This document shows positions 41,227-51,586 of a DNA stretch of 64,000 nucleotides, in pieces. Under the pieces are notes generated by a model, which saw nothing but the letters and a program-made list of their open reading frames with translations, did no database searches and was not told where the DNA came from. The stretch is from Candidatus Poribacteria bacterium. Lineage in GTDB: Bacteria > Poribacteria > WGA-4E > WGA-3G. Numbering within the stretch: the first letter of the stretch is position 1; every line of letters begins with the position of its first letter. Where the stretch lies: the NCBI GenBank assembly GCA_965198235.1, contig OZ240248.1:1760001-1824000 (forward strand), given 5' to 3'. The translations under genes were made by a program, and so were the position numbers.

Positions 41227-43923
41227 ATGCTCAGAAAAATCGCAGTATCAATTTTGGCTTTCGCGTTGCTCGGAATAGTAGGAGGGAATATGACAATGGC
41301 AGACACTGGAGAAATGGCGGGAGCAACGAACGCTTCGGAGGCTTGGCGCGCCTTACAACGCCTACAGACAACTGCTACCGTCTTACACACCGTCGCTCAT
41401 CCTGACGACGAAAACGGCGCGTTGTTGACGTGGCTCAGCCGTGCACGCGGTGTCAGAACGGGATTATACTCAACCACGCGTGGTGAGGGTGGTGCTAACC
41501 TTATCGGACCCGAATTATTTGACGCGCTGGGTATCGTACGAACCGAGGAGCATCTCGCTGCTGTGCGCTACTATAGTATCGACCTCTTTTTCAGCAGTGC
41601 TGTCGATTTCGGTTATTCCAAGCGACTCGACGAAACTCTGGAAAAATGGGACTATCAGATGCTTTTGGAGGATATGGTCCGCCTGATTCGTCAATATCGT
41701 CCCGATGTCGTCATCGCTCGATTTCAGGGTAATCGTCAAGACGGACACGGACACCATCAAGCATCCGGAGTCGTAACTTTAGAGGCATTCCGTGCCGCAG
41801 GCGATGTGAATCGGTTCCCAGAACACCTCGCAGCAGGACTACAGCCGTGGCAACCGAAGAAACTCTATATCGCGCGTTCCAGATGGCGACGCAGTAACAC
41901 CGAGACTCCCGATACACCCGTGCTAAAAATTGATACAGGTGAATACAATGCCTTGTTAGGACTCTCTTATGCTCAAATTGCACGCCAGGGGCTTAGTTTC
42001 CAACGTTCACAAGGTGCTGGTCAGACGCGCGCATCCAAGGGTTCCGCTGTTGCAGAGTTGCGATTAGTGGATACGACCCTTACCGAGCAGCGAAAACCCG
42101 AAGAGAGTCTCTTTGACGGGATTGACACGACAATTGCGGGGATGGCGAAGTTGGCAAATACATCTGCCTTAGACGCAGCGTTCATTCAACTTCAAGAAAG
42201 TGTCGATGCCGCAATACGCGATTATGATGCCCGCCACCCTTGGAGAGTCGTTCCGCATCTTGCAAGCGGGCTAAAAACGGCTCGCAGCTTAATCGAAAAC
42301 GTCCAGCGTATAGACCTTGATGACAACACTCGATCGCATCTTCTTTTCCTGCTTCGGAATAAAGAGCAGGAATTTATGACTGCCGCAAACGCTGCCCTCG
42401 GTTTGTCTTTAGAAGTGCTGGTTCAACCCACAGCGGAAACCCGTTCATCTGAAACCTTTGCCGTCGCAATTCCCGGGCAGAAGTTTTCAATTGGGATGCG
42501 AATGGTGAATCCCACTCCGATTGCAGCTGAACTCGTTAATGCCTCACTCCACACCCCCGAAGGCTGGAACGTGCATCCTATCCAGAAGGACTCGGATCAG
42601 GAAGGAATAATACCTATACAGACGAACGAACCAATCTCTATCGTGTTTGAGGTGCAGGTGGCACAGAACGCGGATTACACGCAGCCTTATTGGACTCGCG
42701 CGTCTGAGTACCACGATGCTGTCTATACACTGAAGCGTCCAGAATTTCGCTTCCTACCTTTCACATTACCTGAGGTCAATGGTGTTGTAACCTATCGTGT
42801 AGATGGGGTGGACTTTACGCTGACGCAGCCAGCACAAACAGTTTCAATTAATAGACCGTGGGGAGAAAGACGACGTTTGCTAACGGTTGCCCCTGCTATC
42901 AGTCTATCTGTTTCACCGCGTATTGGCGTTATTCCAATCTCTGAATCCAATGTCGCAAATGGGGAAGCGACATTTACTGCAACAGTGGAGATGCTAAATA
43001 ATGTAAAGGGTGAGGCAGAGGGGACCCTTTCGCTTAAGTTACCGGACGGATGGTATTCGTCACCTGAAAGCGCGCCTTTTGATTTTACGCACGAGGGTGC
43101 GAGCAAAACGTTTGCTTTTCAGGTAGCTGCCAAGAATGTCGAAGCCGACAAGGAGTACACAATTCAGGCAGTCGCTACATACGATGGCGAAGAATATACT
43201 ACTGGCTATCAGACGATTGATCATCCAGATCTTGAACCGCGCCACCTATATCACCCTGCCGTCATGACGCTTCGCAGTATTCCACTCAAAGTCCCATCGA
43301 ATTTGAGCGTCGGGTATATCATGGGGGTAGGCGACAGGGTACCCGAGGCTCTGCAACAGATCGGTATCAACGTGGAGATGCTTGATAGGGAGGAACTCCG
43401 CACCGGTGATCTGAATCGATTTGGGACAATCCTCGTTGGCATCCGAGCGTATGCCGTTCGGCGGGATCTCGTCTCCTATAACAGCAGACTCCTCGATTAC
43501 GTGCATAAGGGTGGCAACCTCATCATTCAATATCAGACCCCGGAATTTGATACGGCTCCTTTTGGTCCCTATCCTTATACGATGGGCAGACGACCAGAAG
43601 AAGTCTCCGAAGAGGATGCACAGGTAACTCTTTTGATGCCAGACAACCCCATCTTCCAGCATCCCAATCAAATTACAGAGGCTGATTTCGATGGATGGGT
43701 TGAGGAGCGCGGTTCTAAATTCCTTACTGAATGGGACGCAAACTATCAGGCACTCCTCACATGCAATGACCGCGGGCAGGAGCCGCAACACGGCGGATTC
43801 CTCTATGCGACGTACGGACAAGGTTCCTATACATACTCCGCTTACGCCTTTTATAGACAACTTCCGGCGGGTGTAGCGGGCGCGTACCGCCTTTTCGTCA
43901 ACATGCTAACCCTTGGTCAGTAA
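41227..43923 (+). CDS. Exported PIG-L/LmbE family deacetylase
   Basis: AHPDDE, TRGEGG, DFGYSK and HGHH motifs, signal peptide, C-terminal GATase-like domain. Confidence 0.9.
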   Translation: MLRKIAVSILAFALLGIVGGNMTMADTGEMAGATNASEAWRALQRLQTTATVLHTVAHPDDENGALLTWLSRARGVRTGLYSTTRGEGGANLIGPELFDALGIVRTEEHLAAVRYYSIDLFFSSAVDFGYSKRLDETLEKWDYQMLLEDMVRLIRQYRPDVVIARFQGNRQDGHGHHQASGVVTLEAFRAAGDVNRFPEHLAAGLQPWQPKKLYIARSRWRRSNTETPDTPVLKIDTGEYNALLGLSYAQIARQGLSFQRSQGAGQTRASKGSAVAELRLVDTTLTEQRKPEESLFDGIDTTIAGMAKLANTSALDAAFIQLQESVDAAIRDYDARHPWRVVPHLASGLKTARSLIENVQRIDLDDNTRSHLLFLLRNKEQEFMTAANAALGLSLEVLVQPTAETRSSETFAVAIPGQKFSIGMRMVNPTPIAAELVNASLHTPEGWNVHPIQKDSDQEGIIPIQTNEPISIVFEVQVAQNADYTQPYWTRASEYHDAVYTLKRPEFRFLPFTLPEVNGVVTYRVDGVDFTLTQPAQTVSINRPWGERRRLLTVAPAISLSVSPRIGVIPISESNVANGEATFTATVEMLNNVKGEAEGTLSLKLPDGWYSSPESAPFDFTHEGASKTFAFQVAAKNVEADKEYTIQAVATYDGEEYTTGYQTIDHPDLEPRHLYHPAVMTLRSIPLKVPSNLSVGYIMGVGDRVPEALQQIGINVEMLDREELRTGDLNRFGTILVGIRAYAVRRDLVSYNSRLLDYVHKGGNLIIQYQTPEFDTAPFGPYPYTMGRRPEEVSEEDAQVTLLMPDNPIFQHPNQITEADFDGWVEERGSKFLTEWDANYQALLTCNDRGQEPQHGGFLYATYGQGSYTYSAYAFYRQLPAGVAGAYRLFVNMLTLGQ

Positions 43924-43932
43924 TCTCTGACG

Positions 43933-45033
43933 CTAAGCATTTTCCCAGGGTGCTACATCGCCAACAGGCGGTGGTGCTGGGAAACGGCTCATAACATCGA
44001 TAGGTCTCCCTGCATCAGACGATTCGATGATCCGCTCACACACCTCTAATGCATGCCGTGCTTGCGCACCGTTACAGCGCGGGTTCCGGTCAGATCTGAT
44101 TGCGTCCGCGAAATCCGCGACTCCTTTGCCCCAATCTAATCCGGTAAAGGCTTTCGGCGGAGAGGGTTCATCTTGCCACCGGTCCTGCGGAGTGAACTTT
44201 TGGATACCACGTCCATCGTCGTGTGCTTGAAGCGAGAACCCACCTGCCGTGCCGTGGATTTCGTAGGGTGGAATCCCAGAAGAGACAGTAAAACTGTGAT
44301 AAATGAGTCCATGTGCTCCATTGTCGAATTCGAGTACAGCAAACCCGTGATCCTTCTCATGAACCTCAAATTCAGTCCCTTTCCGTGGACCCTGATGCAG
44401 CATCCGTTTTGGGACAGCAACTCGTGCAAAGCCATGCACCGTTTTGACCGGGGCGATCATCGTTGTCATCGCCGTTAGTGGGTAAGGTGCGACATCTCGG
44501 AAGGGACCGGCATGCATGATGAAAGCGTCTGCGTTCGGGTGCCAGTGTTCCAACGGACCGCCGAAGTTGCCGATCGCGGAAATCACATCACCGATCTCAC
44601 CCTCACGAATCCGTTGCCAAACGTTCTGTTGAACGTAGCCGAGAATTGCCGATGGCGCGCATGCCAGTTTTAACCCCATTGCTTCCGCCGTCTCTACCAG
44701 TTCGTTTGCCTCGTCGGTTCGGATAGAAATCGGTTTTTCAGAGTAGACATGTTTTCCTGCTTTGAGTGCTGCTAATGAAACCGGATAATGGGAGATGTGA
44801 ATGGTCAAATTCACAATCGCTTCTACGTTCGGATCGTTCAGAACTTCGTCAAGCGATTTGTAGACGTGTCCCCCGTTTCGTTCTGCCAATGCTGAGGCGC
44901 GTTCCTCATCTTGGTCATGGTAGCCAACCAGTTCAATACAATGAGGGTAAGCTTGGCAACGCGGCTGGTAGCCACCCGCGGCTATCATACCACATCCAAC
45001 AATCACCGTACGGAGTGGAGTCGTATTAGACAT
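43933..45033 (-). CDS. Gfo/Idh/MocA oxidoreductase
   Basis: IVGCG and GKHVYSEKP. Confidence 0.92.
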   Translation of the reverse strand: MSNTTPLRTVIVGCGMIAAGGYQPRCQAYPHCIELVGYHDQDEERASALAERNGGHVYKSLDEVLNDPNVEAIVNLTIHISHYPVSLAALKAGKHVYSEKPISIRTDEANELVETAEAMGLKLACAPSAILGYVQQNVWQRIREGEIGDVISAIGNFGGPLEHWHPNADAFIMHAGPFRDVAPYPLTAMTTMIAPVKTVHGFARVAVPKRMLHQGPRKGTEFEVHEKDHGFAVLEFDNGAHGLIYHSFTVSSGIPPYEIHGTAGGFSLQAHDDGRGIQKFTPQDRWQDEPSPPKAFTGLDWGKGVADFADAIRSDRNPRCNGAQARHALEVCERIIESSDAGRPIDVMSRFPAPPPVGDVAPWENA

Positions 45034-45055
45034 TCAATCTGCTCCTTCTTATGTA

Positions 45056-45757
45056 TTATAGCGACTCTAATTTTTTCATAATGTAGGACTTAACTTCTTC
45101 ATCTCCTGCTTTCTCTGCCAAATCTAATGCTGTCTGATAATCTCGCTTGGCATCATCAGCAAGACCTAATTCTCCTTTGGCATTACCGCGGTTGGTATAG
45201 GGCTTCGCATCGTTTGGGTTTAGCCGGATAGCCTCATCAAAGTCAGGGATAGCGGCTTCAGGATGCCCTAATTTAGCTTTGGTAATACCCCGATTGTTAT
45301 AGGCATTCACATTGTTTGGGTTTAGCCGGATAGCCTCATCATAATCTGAAAGAGCCTCAAAGTATTGTCCAATCTCGTCTTTCACAATACCTCGATTGTT
45401 GTAAGCCTCTGCATCGTTTGGGTTTAGCCGGATAGCCTCATAATAGTCAGGGATAGCGGCTTCAGGATGCCCTAATTTAGCTTTTGTAGTGCCCCGATTG
45501 TAGTAGGCATCCGCATCATCAGGATTTAGGCGAATAAACGTATCATAATCTGAAAGAGCTTCAAAGTATTGTCCGATCTTGTCTTTCGCATTACCTCGCT
45601 TAAAATAGGCAGCAGCAAGGTTAGGGTTTAGGGTAATCGTTTTATCATACACCGAAATGGCGGATTCATAATCTCCTTGATTATACAAGGCATTACCCTT
45701 ATCAAGGTAGTTTTGGGCAGATTTGACATTGCTATTTGCGTTGTTAATGTTTTCCAT
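45056..45757 (-). CDS. Tetratricopeptide repeat protein
   Basis: About six 34-aa repeats (AIRLNP..AYNNRG) with visible DNA-level duplication. Confidence 0.93.
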   Translation of the reverse strand: MENINNANSNVKSAQNYLDKGNALYNQGDYESAISVYDKTITLNPNLAAAYFKRGNAKDKIGQYFEALSDYDTFIRLNPDDADAYYNRGTTKAKLGHPEAAIPDYYEAIRLNPNDAEAYNNRGIVKDEIGQYFEALSDYDEAIRLNPNNVNAYNNRGITKAKLGHPEAAIPDFDEAIRLNPNDAKPYTNRGNAKGELGLADDAKRDYQTALDLAEKAGDEEVKSYIMKKLESL

Positions 45758-46368
45758 TAAACTTTCTCTTTTGTGGCAGGCGAGTAGGATTTTAGGTATT
45801 CTGTCAACTCTTTTTCCCCATCAGGCAACTTTGACGACAAGGTTGGGGTGGGAGCGGGTTCGCGCTGTCTCACCTGTGTGAGGTTAGTGGAAGCAGGTTC
45901 GCTCTCATTATCCTGTGAAGTCTGGACAGGAGTTGCTTCGCTCTGGCTCACTTGTGCGGGATTTGTAGGAGTTGTTTCGCTTTGACCGACTTGGATAGAA
46001 GTAGTCTTGTTTTCACTGTTTTGTTTTATCCTATCGTAAACAGACAACAATAAAGGTCCAAAAATCCCCGCCAGAATTACATATTGCCAGTTAGATATCC
46101 CTTTTGTTCTTTCGTCAATTCTTGCGACCGTTGTTTTCAATTCTCCTACAGTTGTGTTCAGGGTCCCCACAGTTGTGTCCAGATTTTCGATCGTTTTAGT
46201 CAAGTCTTCCACCGTTTTAGTCAAATTTTCCACGTTTTCGTTCAGTTTCGCCACATCTATCTCTTTCGTAACCGTTATAATGTGTGAATCTGACGATTCT
46301 TGCCCAAAGGCAGCAGCAACGAAGATAACACAAAGGATCCCGAGTAGGATAGCCCGCCCATTTAGCAT
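45757..46368 (-). CDS. Membrane protein with heptad coiled coil
   Basis: Signal peptide, (V/I)ENLxxT heptads ending VARIDERT, TM helix and S/T/Q-rich tail. Start at ATG 46368 after GGAG. Stop overlaps the TPR start. Confidence 0.7.
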   Translation of the reverse strand: MLNGRAILLGILCVIFVAAAFGQESSDSHIITVTKEIDVAKLNENVENLTKTVEDLTKTIENLDTTVGTLNTTVGELKTTVARIDERTKGISNWQYVILAGIFGPLLLSVYDRIKQNSENKTTSIQVGQSETTPTNPAQVSQSEATPVQTSQDNESEPASTNLTQVRQREPAPTPTLSSKLPDGEKELTEYLKSYSPATKEKV

Positions 46369-46689
46369 TGTAAATCTCCATGACTTCAATTTTACTACAT
46401 GAAAGTAACGTATATATCGCATTTTGGTTAATAGATTAAAATATTTTAGCATATTGTTCAAGAAAAAAGTAAAAAAATCAGCGGCATACAGTTATCGGTA
46501 AGCGAGGTATAAAACCTTGTCAGTAAGATAAAACGGGATAATCCTACAGTGAAGAGACCTCGAATAGAAGATCAAAACTACGGGAAAATTAAACGCCTTA
46601 TTACAAACCTAATTTTCTCTTGACGCAAAAGGTGGATACGGTGTAATATATACGGTGTGGCTTGCATACCAATATAACAAAATCTTGAG

Positions 46690-47094
46690 GTGATAAACGT
46701 GTTAAGATATAGTCAACTCGCGTCTATCGCTTTTCTTTTCTGCTTGGTTCTGTCCGGATGTGCTGGGTTGGGTGATGTTACGCGGACTGAGGCTTACAAT
46801 CGATTCGCAATCAGGGCAGCGCAAGCGCAGCTCTGGAATGAAGCCGTCTTCCGGTGGAAGCAGGTTATCAGTATCGATCCAGAGGACTCTAAAGCACATA
46901 ATAACCTCGGCGTTGCTTACGAGGCACTCGGAAACATGGAGGAGGCTATTGCCTCTTACCAGCGCGCGGCGGAATTAGAACCAAATAATAAATACTACAG
47001 ACTCAACTATCGGCGGTGCCGTATACACCTTCGGCGAAGTGGAGGGGACGATGAAGATGCACCGCAGTTAGAAGATCCACCACTTATGGAGTAG
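46690..47094 (+). CDS. TPR lipoprotein
   Basis: LSGC lipobox and AHNNLGVAYEALG TPR. Confidence 0.85.
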   Translation: MINVLRYSQLASIAFLFCLVLSGCAGLGDVTRTEAYNRFAIRAAQAQLWNEAVFRWKQVISIDPEDSKAHNNLGVAYEALGNMEEAIASYQRAAELEPNNKYYRLNYRRCRIHLRRSGGDDEDAPQLEDPPLME

Positions 47095-47175
47095 CGGTCA
47101 GCAGTCGGTTTCCGTCAGCAAAGAGTTTCTTGCTGATGGCTGAAAGGGTTGCGTAGCAACCCGTGCTGATGGCTG

Positions 47176-47901
47176 ATGACTAATATGCAGATAGTGAAAA
47201 GAATGGGAATCCTACTGATAGCCTTAACGCTTTGCGGATGTGGCAGTGCTGTAACGCGCGTCTCTATTCCGGTGAAGGTTCAATCTGAAATCGACATCAC
47301 TCGCTATTCCAACTTCGCCGTTTTACCGTTTGTAAGTGAAAAACAGATAGAACGAAACGAAAAATTACCCCCAGAGATCGGCGAAGAGATCGCTTCAATA
47401 CTTCGGAGGGGTTTAGCACGCCAAAAGCATTTCGAGGTCGTCAGCACGCAGGAAACGGCGAGACTGCTCATTGGGGAAACCATCGGAGAAGATTGGCTTA
47501 CTGATACAAAACACTTGAGTCAGCTCGGTGAGTACTTTGAAGTAAAAGCAGTTATCATCGGAAGTTTTCGATTTTATTCCGATAGCCGCCCAAGACGTTA
47601 TTATGGGGAACGTTACTCCGTACGACGGCAACGCTACGTCTTGGATTATCAGGACTACATGCAGAAAACCTATCTGCTCTCACTCCGTGTAATGATCGTT
47701 GATGTTGAAACCGGACAGGTCGTCTGGGATGAGCCTTATCGGAGGAGCACTGCTGAGGCGCATACCATCGGATCGTTCATTTTTTCACAGGTTGGACCGC
47801 AAGCGAATACTATCAGGGAACTGGGTAGACGTGCCGTGTCAGAATTTACACGCCAAATCTCTCCACATTATGAGAACGAAGATAGATATTTAGTAAATTA
47901 G
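47176..47901 (+). CDS. Lipoprotein (CsgG/LpoB-like fold)
   Basis: LCGC lipobox, AVLPF and RVMIVDVETGQVVW. Confidence 0.7.
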   Translation: MTNMQIVKRMGILLIALTLCGCGSAVTRVSIPVKVQSEIDITRYSNFAVLPFVSEKQIERNEKLPPEIGEEIASILRRGLARQKHFEVVSTQETARLLIGETIGEDWLTDTKHLSQLGEYFEVKAVIIGSFRFYSDSRPRRYYGERYSVRRQRYVLDYQDYMQKTYLLSLRVMIVDVETGQVVWDEPYRRSTAEAHTIGSFIFSQVGPQANTIRELGRRAVSEFTRQISPHYENEDRYLVN

Positions 47902-48023
47902 CAATCAGCGGTCAGGAAGAGACTGGAATGGAAAAGTGGAAGGATAGAAGAGTAGGTCCCACTCTTCCATCATTCCATTCAAGCACCGCCAGCCGACGGC
48001 TGATGGCTGAAAGCCATTAAAAG

Positions 48024-51000
48024 GTGAATAGTGTGAAGGAAGGTAAAAACAGAACCTTATTTGCAAAAGGTACGTGTAGAAACCGCGCCCGCGATGTGAT
48101 AGGGCAGTGGTTGGGTAGACATGTCCTGTTGATGCTTGTCATCCTGACCTTGTTAGCACCTTGTATTGCGTGGTCGCAAAGTTTTGGGAAAAACAAGATT
48201 ACCGGACAACGCTTCGATTGGCACATTCACCGGACAGAGCATTTTGATATCCACTACTATCCAAGTGAAGCGAAACTCGTGCCTATTATGGCTGCTATTG
48301 CTGAGGAAGCTTACGAGAAGCACAGCGAAGATTTTGAGCATGAACTGCAAGACAGGACACCGCTCATCCTTTACAAATCCCACAAGGATTTTCAGGAAAC
48401 CAACATAATTCTCCAAGAACTTCACGAAGGCATTGGAGGTTTCGCGGAACTCTTTAAGCACCGTATCGTTATACCGTTTACCGGGTCCCTGGAAGCGTTT
48501 CGAGAGGTAATTTTTCACGAACTCATTCATATTTTCCAATACGATATTATCTATCAGAAACCGCATGCCCGCATTTATAGCGGTGAGTTCTTGTATTCCC
48601 CGCCAATCTGGTTTATAGAGGGAATGGCGGACTATTTTGCAGAAGACAATGATGCGATTGGAGAAATGGTAGTCCGAGATGCCAGCATAACTAACAATGT
48701 TGTGCCCCTACCGCAACTTCACAATTTCAACCGACTCAGCTCACCCTTCGTTGGGTATAAGTTAGGGCAATTAGCGGTGGCGTATCTCACAGAAACTTAT
48801 GGACGAGAGAAAATCGCTGAGATTTTGCAGGGGTTACGACAAAGCCGCACAAAGGACATTGACCGTGTTTTCAAAGAAGTGCTTGGGGTAGAACTCAAAG
48901 AATTTGATAAGGCATGGCGACAGACAGTCCGAAGACGCTACTGGCCCCTCATTGAGGACAGGGAATTGCCGGATCTGGTTGCAAAGAACCTTACCGAGGA
49001 ATCTCGATACTCGCATAACATTAAACCTGTCTGGTCTCCAAGCGGCGATATTATCGCTTACGTCACAGGAAATGAGGGGTTTCTGGAAATCGTCCTCATG
49101 TCCGCAAAAACGGGTGAACGCATCGAGCGGGTCACCAAGCGGTTTTTCCGTGAGAAATACGAGGAGATCCGGACCGATTTCGGTGGATTTGGTAGAAGCC
49201 TGACGTGGGCACCCGATGGTGACAGGATAGCATTCATCGCTAAACATCACGATGCGAATTATCTCCTTGAAGTCAATATTTTGACTGCGGAACTAACGCA
49301 GTACTTCGAGTTGGATTTTGATAACGTCACTTCACCGGACTACGATGGCAGCGGTGAACGGATAGTCTTTTCTGCGCTAAGAGAAGGGCAGACAGATCTC
49401 TATGTAATCGAATTGCTGACGGGTGAAGTGGACAGGTTCACCTTCGATCCATTTAACGATACGCATCCATCATGGCATCCCATAACTGGCGAAATCCTCT
49501 ACACCTCCGAGCGAGGAGCCAAAAATAGACTGGTACTGATAAACCTCAACCAAGGCACGGAACGCTTGCTGACCGATGGCACCTATAACGCTATCAGTCC
49601 AAGCTGGACACCAGATGGAAAATCAATCCTCTTCTGTTCGGATCGGCAGGGCATCTACGATATACACAAGCTTGAAATCGTGGAGAAGGACAGCCATCAG
49701 CGGAGTAGCGATCAGCCATCAGCCATCAGCAGTCAGCAGAATAGCAGTCAGCAGTCAGCAATCAGCCATCGGCAAGAGGGTGTCACTTCACCAGAAAACC
49801 TCTTAACCGATAGCCAACACGCCGACAGCCGCGCCAACGAAAAAGTCGTCTCGACTGGAAGTGGTAGCACGGAACCTGTGGGTTCTCGATCTGTAGAGGT
49901 TGAGTTGACGCGCCTTACCAATATGATGACAGGTTGTTTCAATCCGAGCTTGGCTCCGGACGGCAAACACCTGCTGTTTAGTGCCTACCAGAATGGAAAA
50001 TACGATGTCTGTATCATGGAGACTGCCAAAACGATTGAGGAAAAAATTGAGGTTTCAAGCGTGGCAGAACCCTTTGTAATTTTAACGGAGGAAGAACAAG
50101 AAAATTATAGGGTCGCCAAGCGAAAATACAGCACAAAATCCTCTTTTGCTTTAGATGCTATCTTCCCGGATTTTAGTTTCGGCGCGGATGGTATCCTGAG
50201 AAGTACGGTGCAAATCGTCGGCAGTGACATGTTAGGTAACCATCGTATCGGGGTTAGCGTGATGAACCAATCCAGCTACCTTACACCGGATTTTATCGCA
50301 CAATACGGTTTTTTGACACACCGAACTGATATTGGGGCAATGATTTACAACTATCATGAATACCATATTTTGGGTGGTATACAGAGAAGGCGGGGCATTC
50401 TACAACGGATTACCGGGCTTGGCGCGTATGTCAATTACCCATTTGACAGATACCATCGACTTGACTTTGAGTTCTCAATGTACTCGAAGCCGTTTTCCTT
50501 TAACTTCCAAACGCGCCAGCCTTTGGATCCATACGACGATAGAGGCTTGCTCACGATGGGTTCCATTGCGTTTGTTGGGGATACAACGATGTGGCGGGAG
50601 TGGGCACCTTATACAGGTTCGCGGTACCGCGTTGAACTTGAGCAATCCTTCCCGGCACTTGGTAGTGAATTGTCGCTAACAAATGTTATTTTTGATGCGC
50701 GACGCTATTTTGGTTTTGGCAGACGCTCTACCCTCGCAGCACGATTATTGCTCGGCGGTAGTTTCGGTGGTGATAGATCCTATTTTTATCTCGGTGGGAT
50801 TGATACACTACGCGGCTATAATTATGAAGAGTTGGTCGGGACACGCATCGGACTTCTCAACTTCGAGCTCCGTATTCCCTTCATAGATGTGCTTCACTTC
50901 GGGTGGCCCATCCAGTGGACGATCGGTGGGATACGCGGAATTGCCTTCGCAGATTTAGGAGGTGCCTGGTCGGATTGGCAATATGGACCGAAGAATCCTT

Positions 51001-51182
51001 TCAGGATATTTGTTCGCGATAAAAACCGTATTCGCCTTGACGATGTCAAGGCTGCAATCGGTGCTGGACTTCGTTTGCGACTCGGTGTGTTTTCTGTGGA
51101 CTTCGCCGCAGCGTGGCATACGGATCTGACGAGCGTGGAACCCGGTATGAAATACCATCTCGGACTCGGACAAGCTTTCTAA
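48024..51182 (+). CDS. Omp85/BamA-family barrel with N-terminal gluzincin-like and TolB-like (PD40) domains
   Basis: FGKNKI, HELIH plus WFIEG, P.WSP/PDG repeats, LRGY lid motif and C-terminal Phe. Start codon uncertain. Confidence 0.88.
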   Translation: MNSVKEGKNRTLFAKGTCRNRARDVIGQWLGRHVLLMLVILTLLAPCIAWSQSFGKNKITGQRFDWHIHRTEHFDIHYYPSEAKLVPIMAAIAEEAYEKHSEDFEHELQDRTPLILYKSHKDFQETNIILQELHEGIGGFAELFKHRIVIPFTGSLEAFREVIFHELIHIFQYDIIYQKPHARIYSGEFLYSPPIWFIEGMADYFAEDNDAIGEMVVRDASITNNVVPLPQLHNFNRLSSPFVGYKLGQLAVAYLTETYGREKIAEILQGLRQSRTKDIDRVFKEVLGVELKEFDKAWRQTVRRRYWPLIEDRELPDLVAKNLTEESRYSHNIKPVWSPSGDIIAYVTGNEGFLEIVLMSAKTGERIERVTKRFFREKYEEIRTDFGGFGRSLTWAPDGDRIAFIAKHHDANYLLEVNILTAELTQYFELDFDNVTSPDYDGSGERIVFSALREGQTDLYVIELLTGEVDRFTFDPFNDTHPSWHPITGEILYTSERGAKNRLVLINLNQGTERLLTDGTYNAISPSWTPDGKSILFCSDRQGIYDIHKLEIVEKDSHQRSSDQPSAISSQQNSSQQSAISHRQEGVTSPENLLTDSQHADSRANEKVVSTGSGSTEPVGSRSVEVELTRLTNMMTGCFNPSLAPDGKHLLFSAYQNGKYDVCIMETAKTIEEKIEVSSVAEPFVILTEEEQENYRVAKRKYSTKSSFALDAIFPDFSFGADGILRSTVQIVGSDMLGNHRIGVSVMNQSSYLTPDFIAQYGFLTHRTDIGAMIYNYHEYHILGGIQRRRGILQRITGLGAYVNYPFDRYHRLDFEFSMYSKPFSFNFQTRQPLDPYDDRGLLTMGSIAFVGDTTMWREWAPYTGSRYRVELEQSFPALGSELSLTNVIFDARRYFGFGRRSTLAARLLLGGSFGGDRSYFYLGGIDTLRGYNYEELVGTRIGLLNFELRIPFIDVLHFGWPIQWTIGGIRGIAFADLGGAWSDWQYGPKNPFRIFVRDKNRIRLDDVKAAIGAGLRLRLGVFSVDFAAAWHTDLTSVEPGMKYHLGLGQAF

Positions 51183-51586
51183 GTTATTAAAACCTGGGCA
51201 TCGTTCCACTGCGTTTCACGATGGTGTCTGGTGAATTCTGATGTGACTGGGGAGATGTACGGTTTCTAAGAGGGTGGGAGAACCCAAAACCTGCCCTACA
51301 ACAAAGTAGGCACAAGACCTACCTCTACAACCGCTTATAATTCAGAGGCGGTTAGACTTAACCGAAAACCACCGCGAAACGAAATTATGCCTTAAATGGC
51401 ATAATTTGTCTTTGCTTTACATTTGGAGCGGTTTAACCATCAACTCGACTCCGTTATAAATGTTAAAGCACGAGTGTTTTTGCTTGGGGTGTTTTTGCTT
51501 GGGTATTTCTGCGTATTGCTTGGGTGTTTCTGCGGATTTCTTCGATGGTTAACAGATTTAATCGTTTAAAAAGGATAGTTAAAAAT

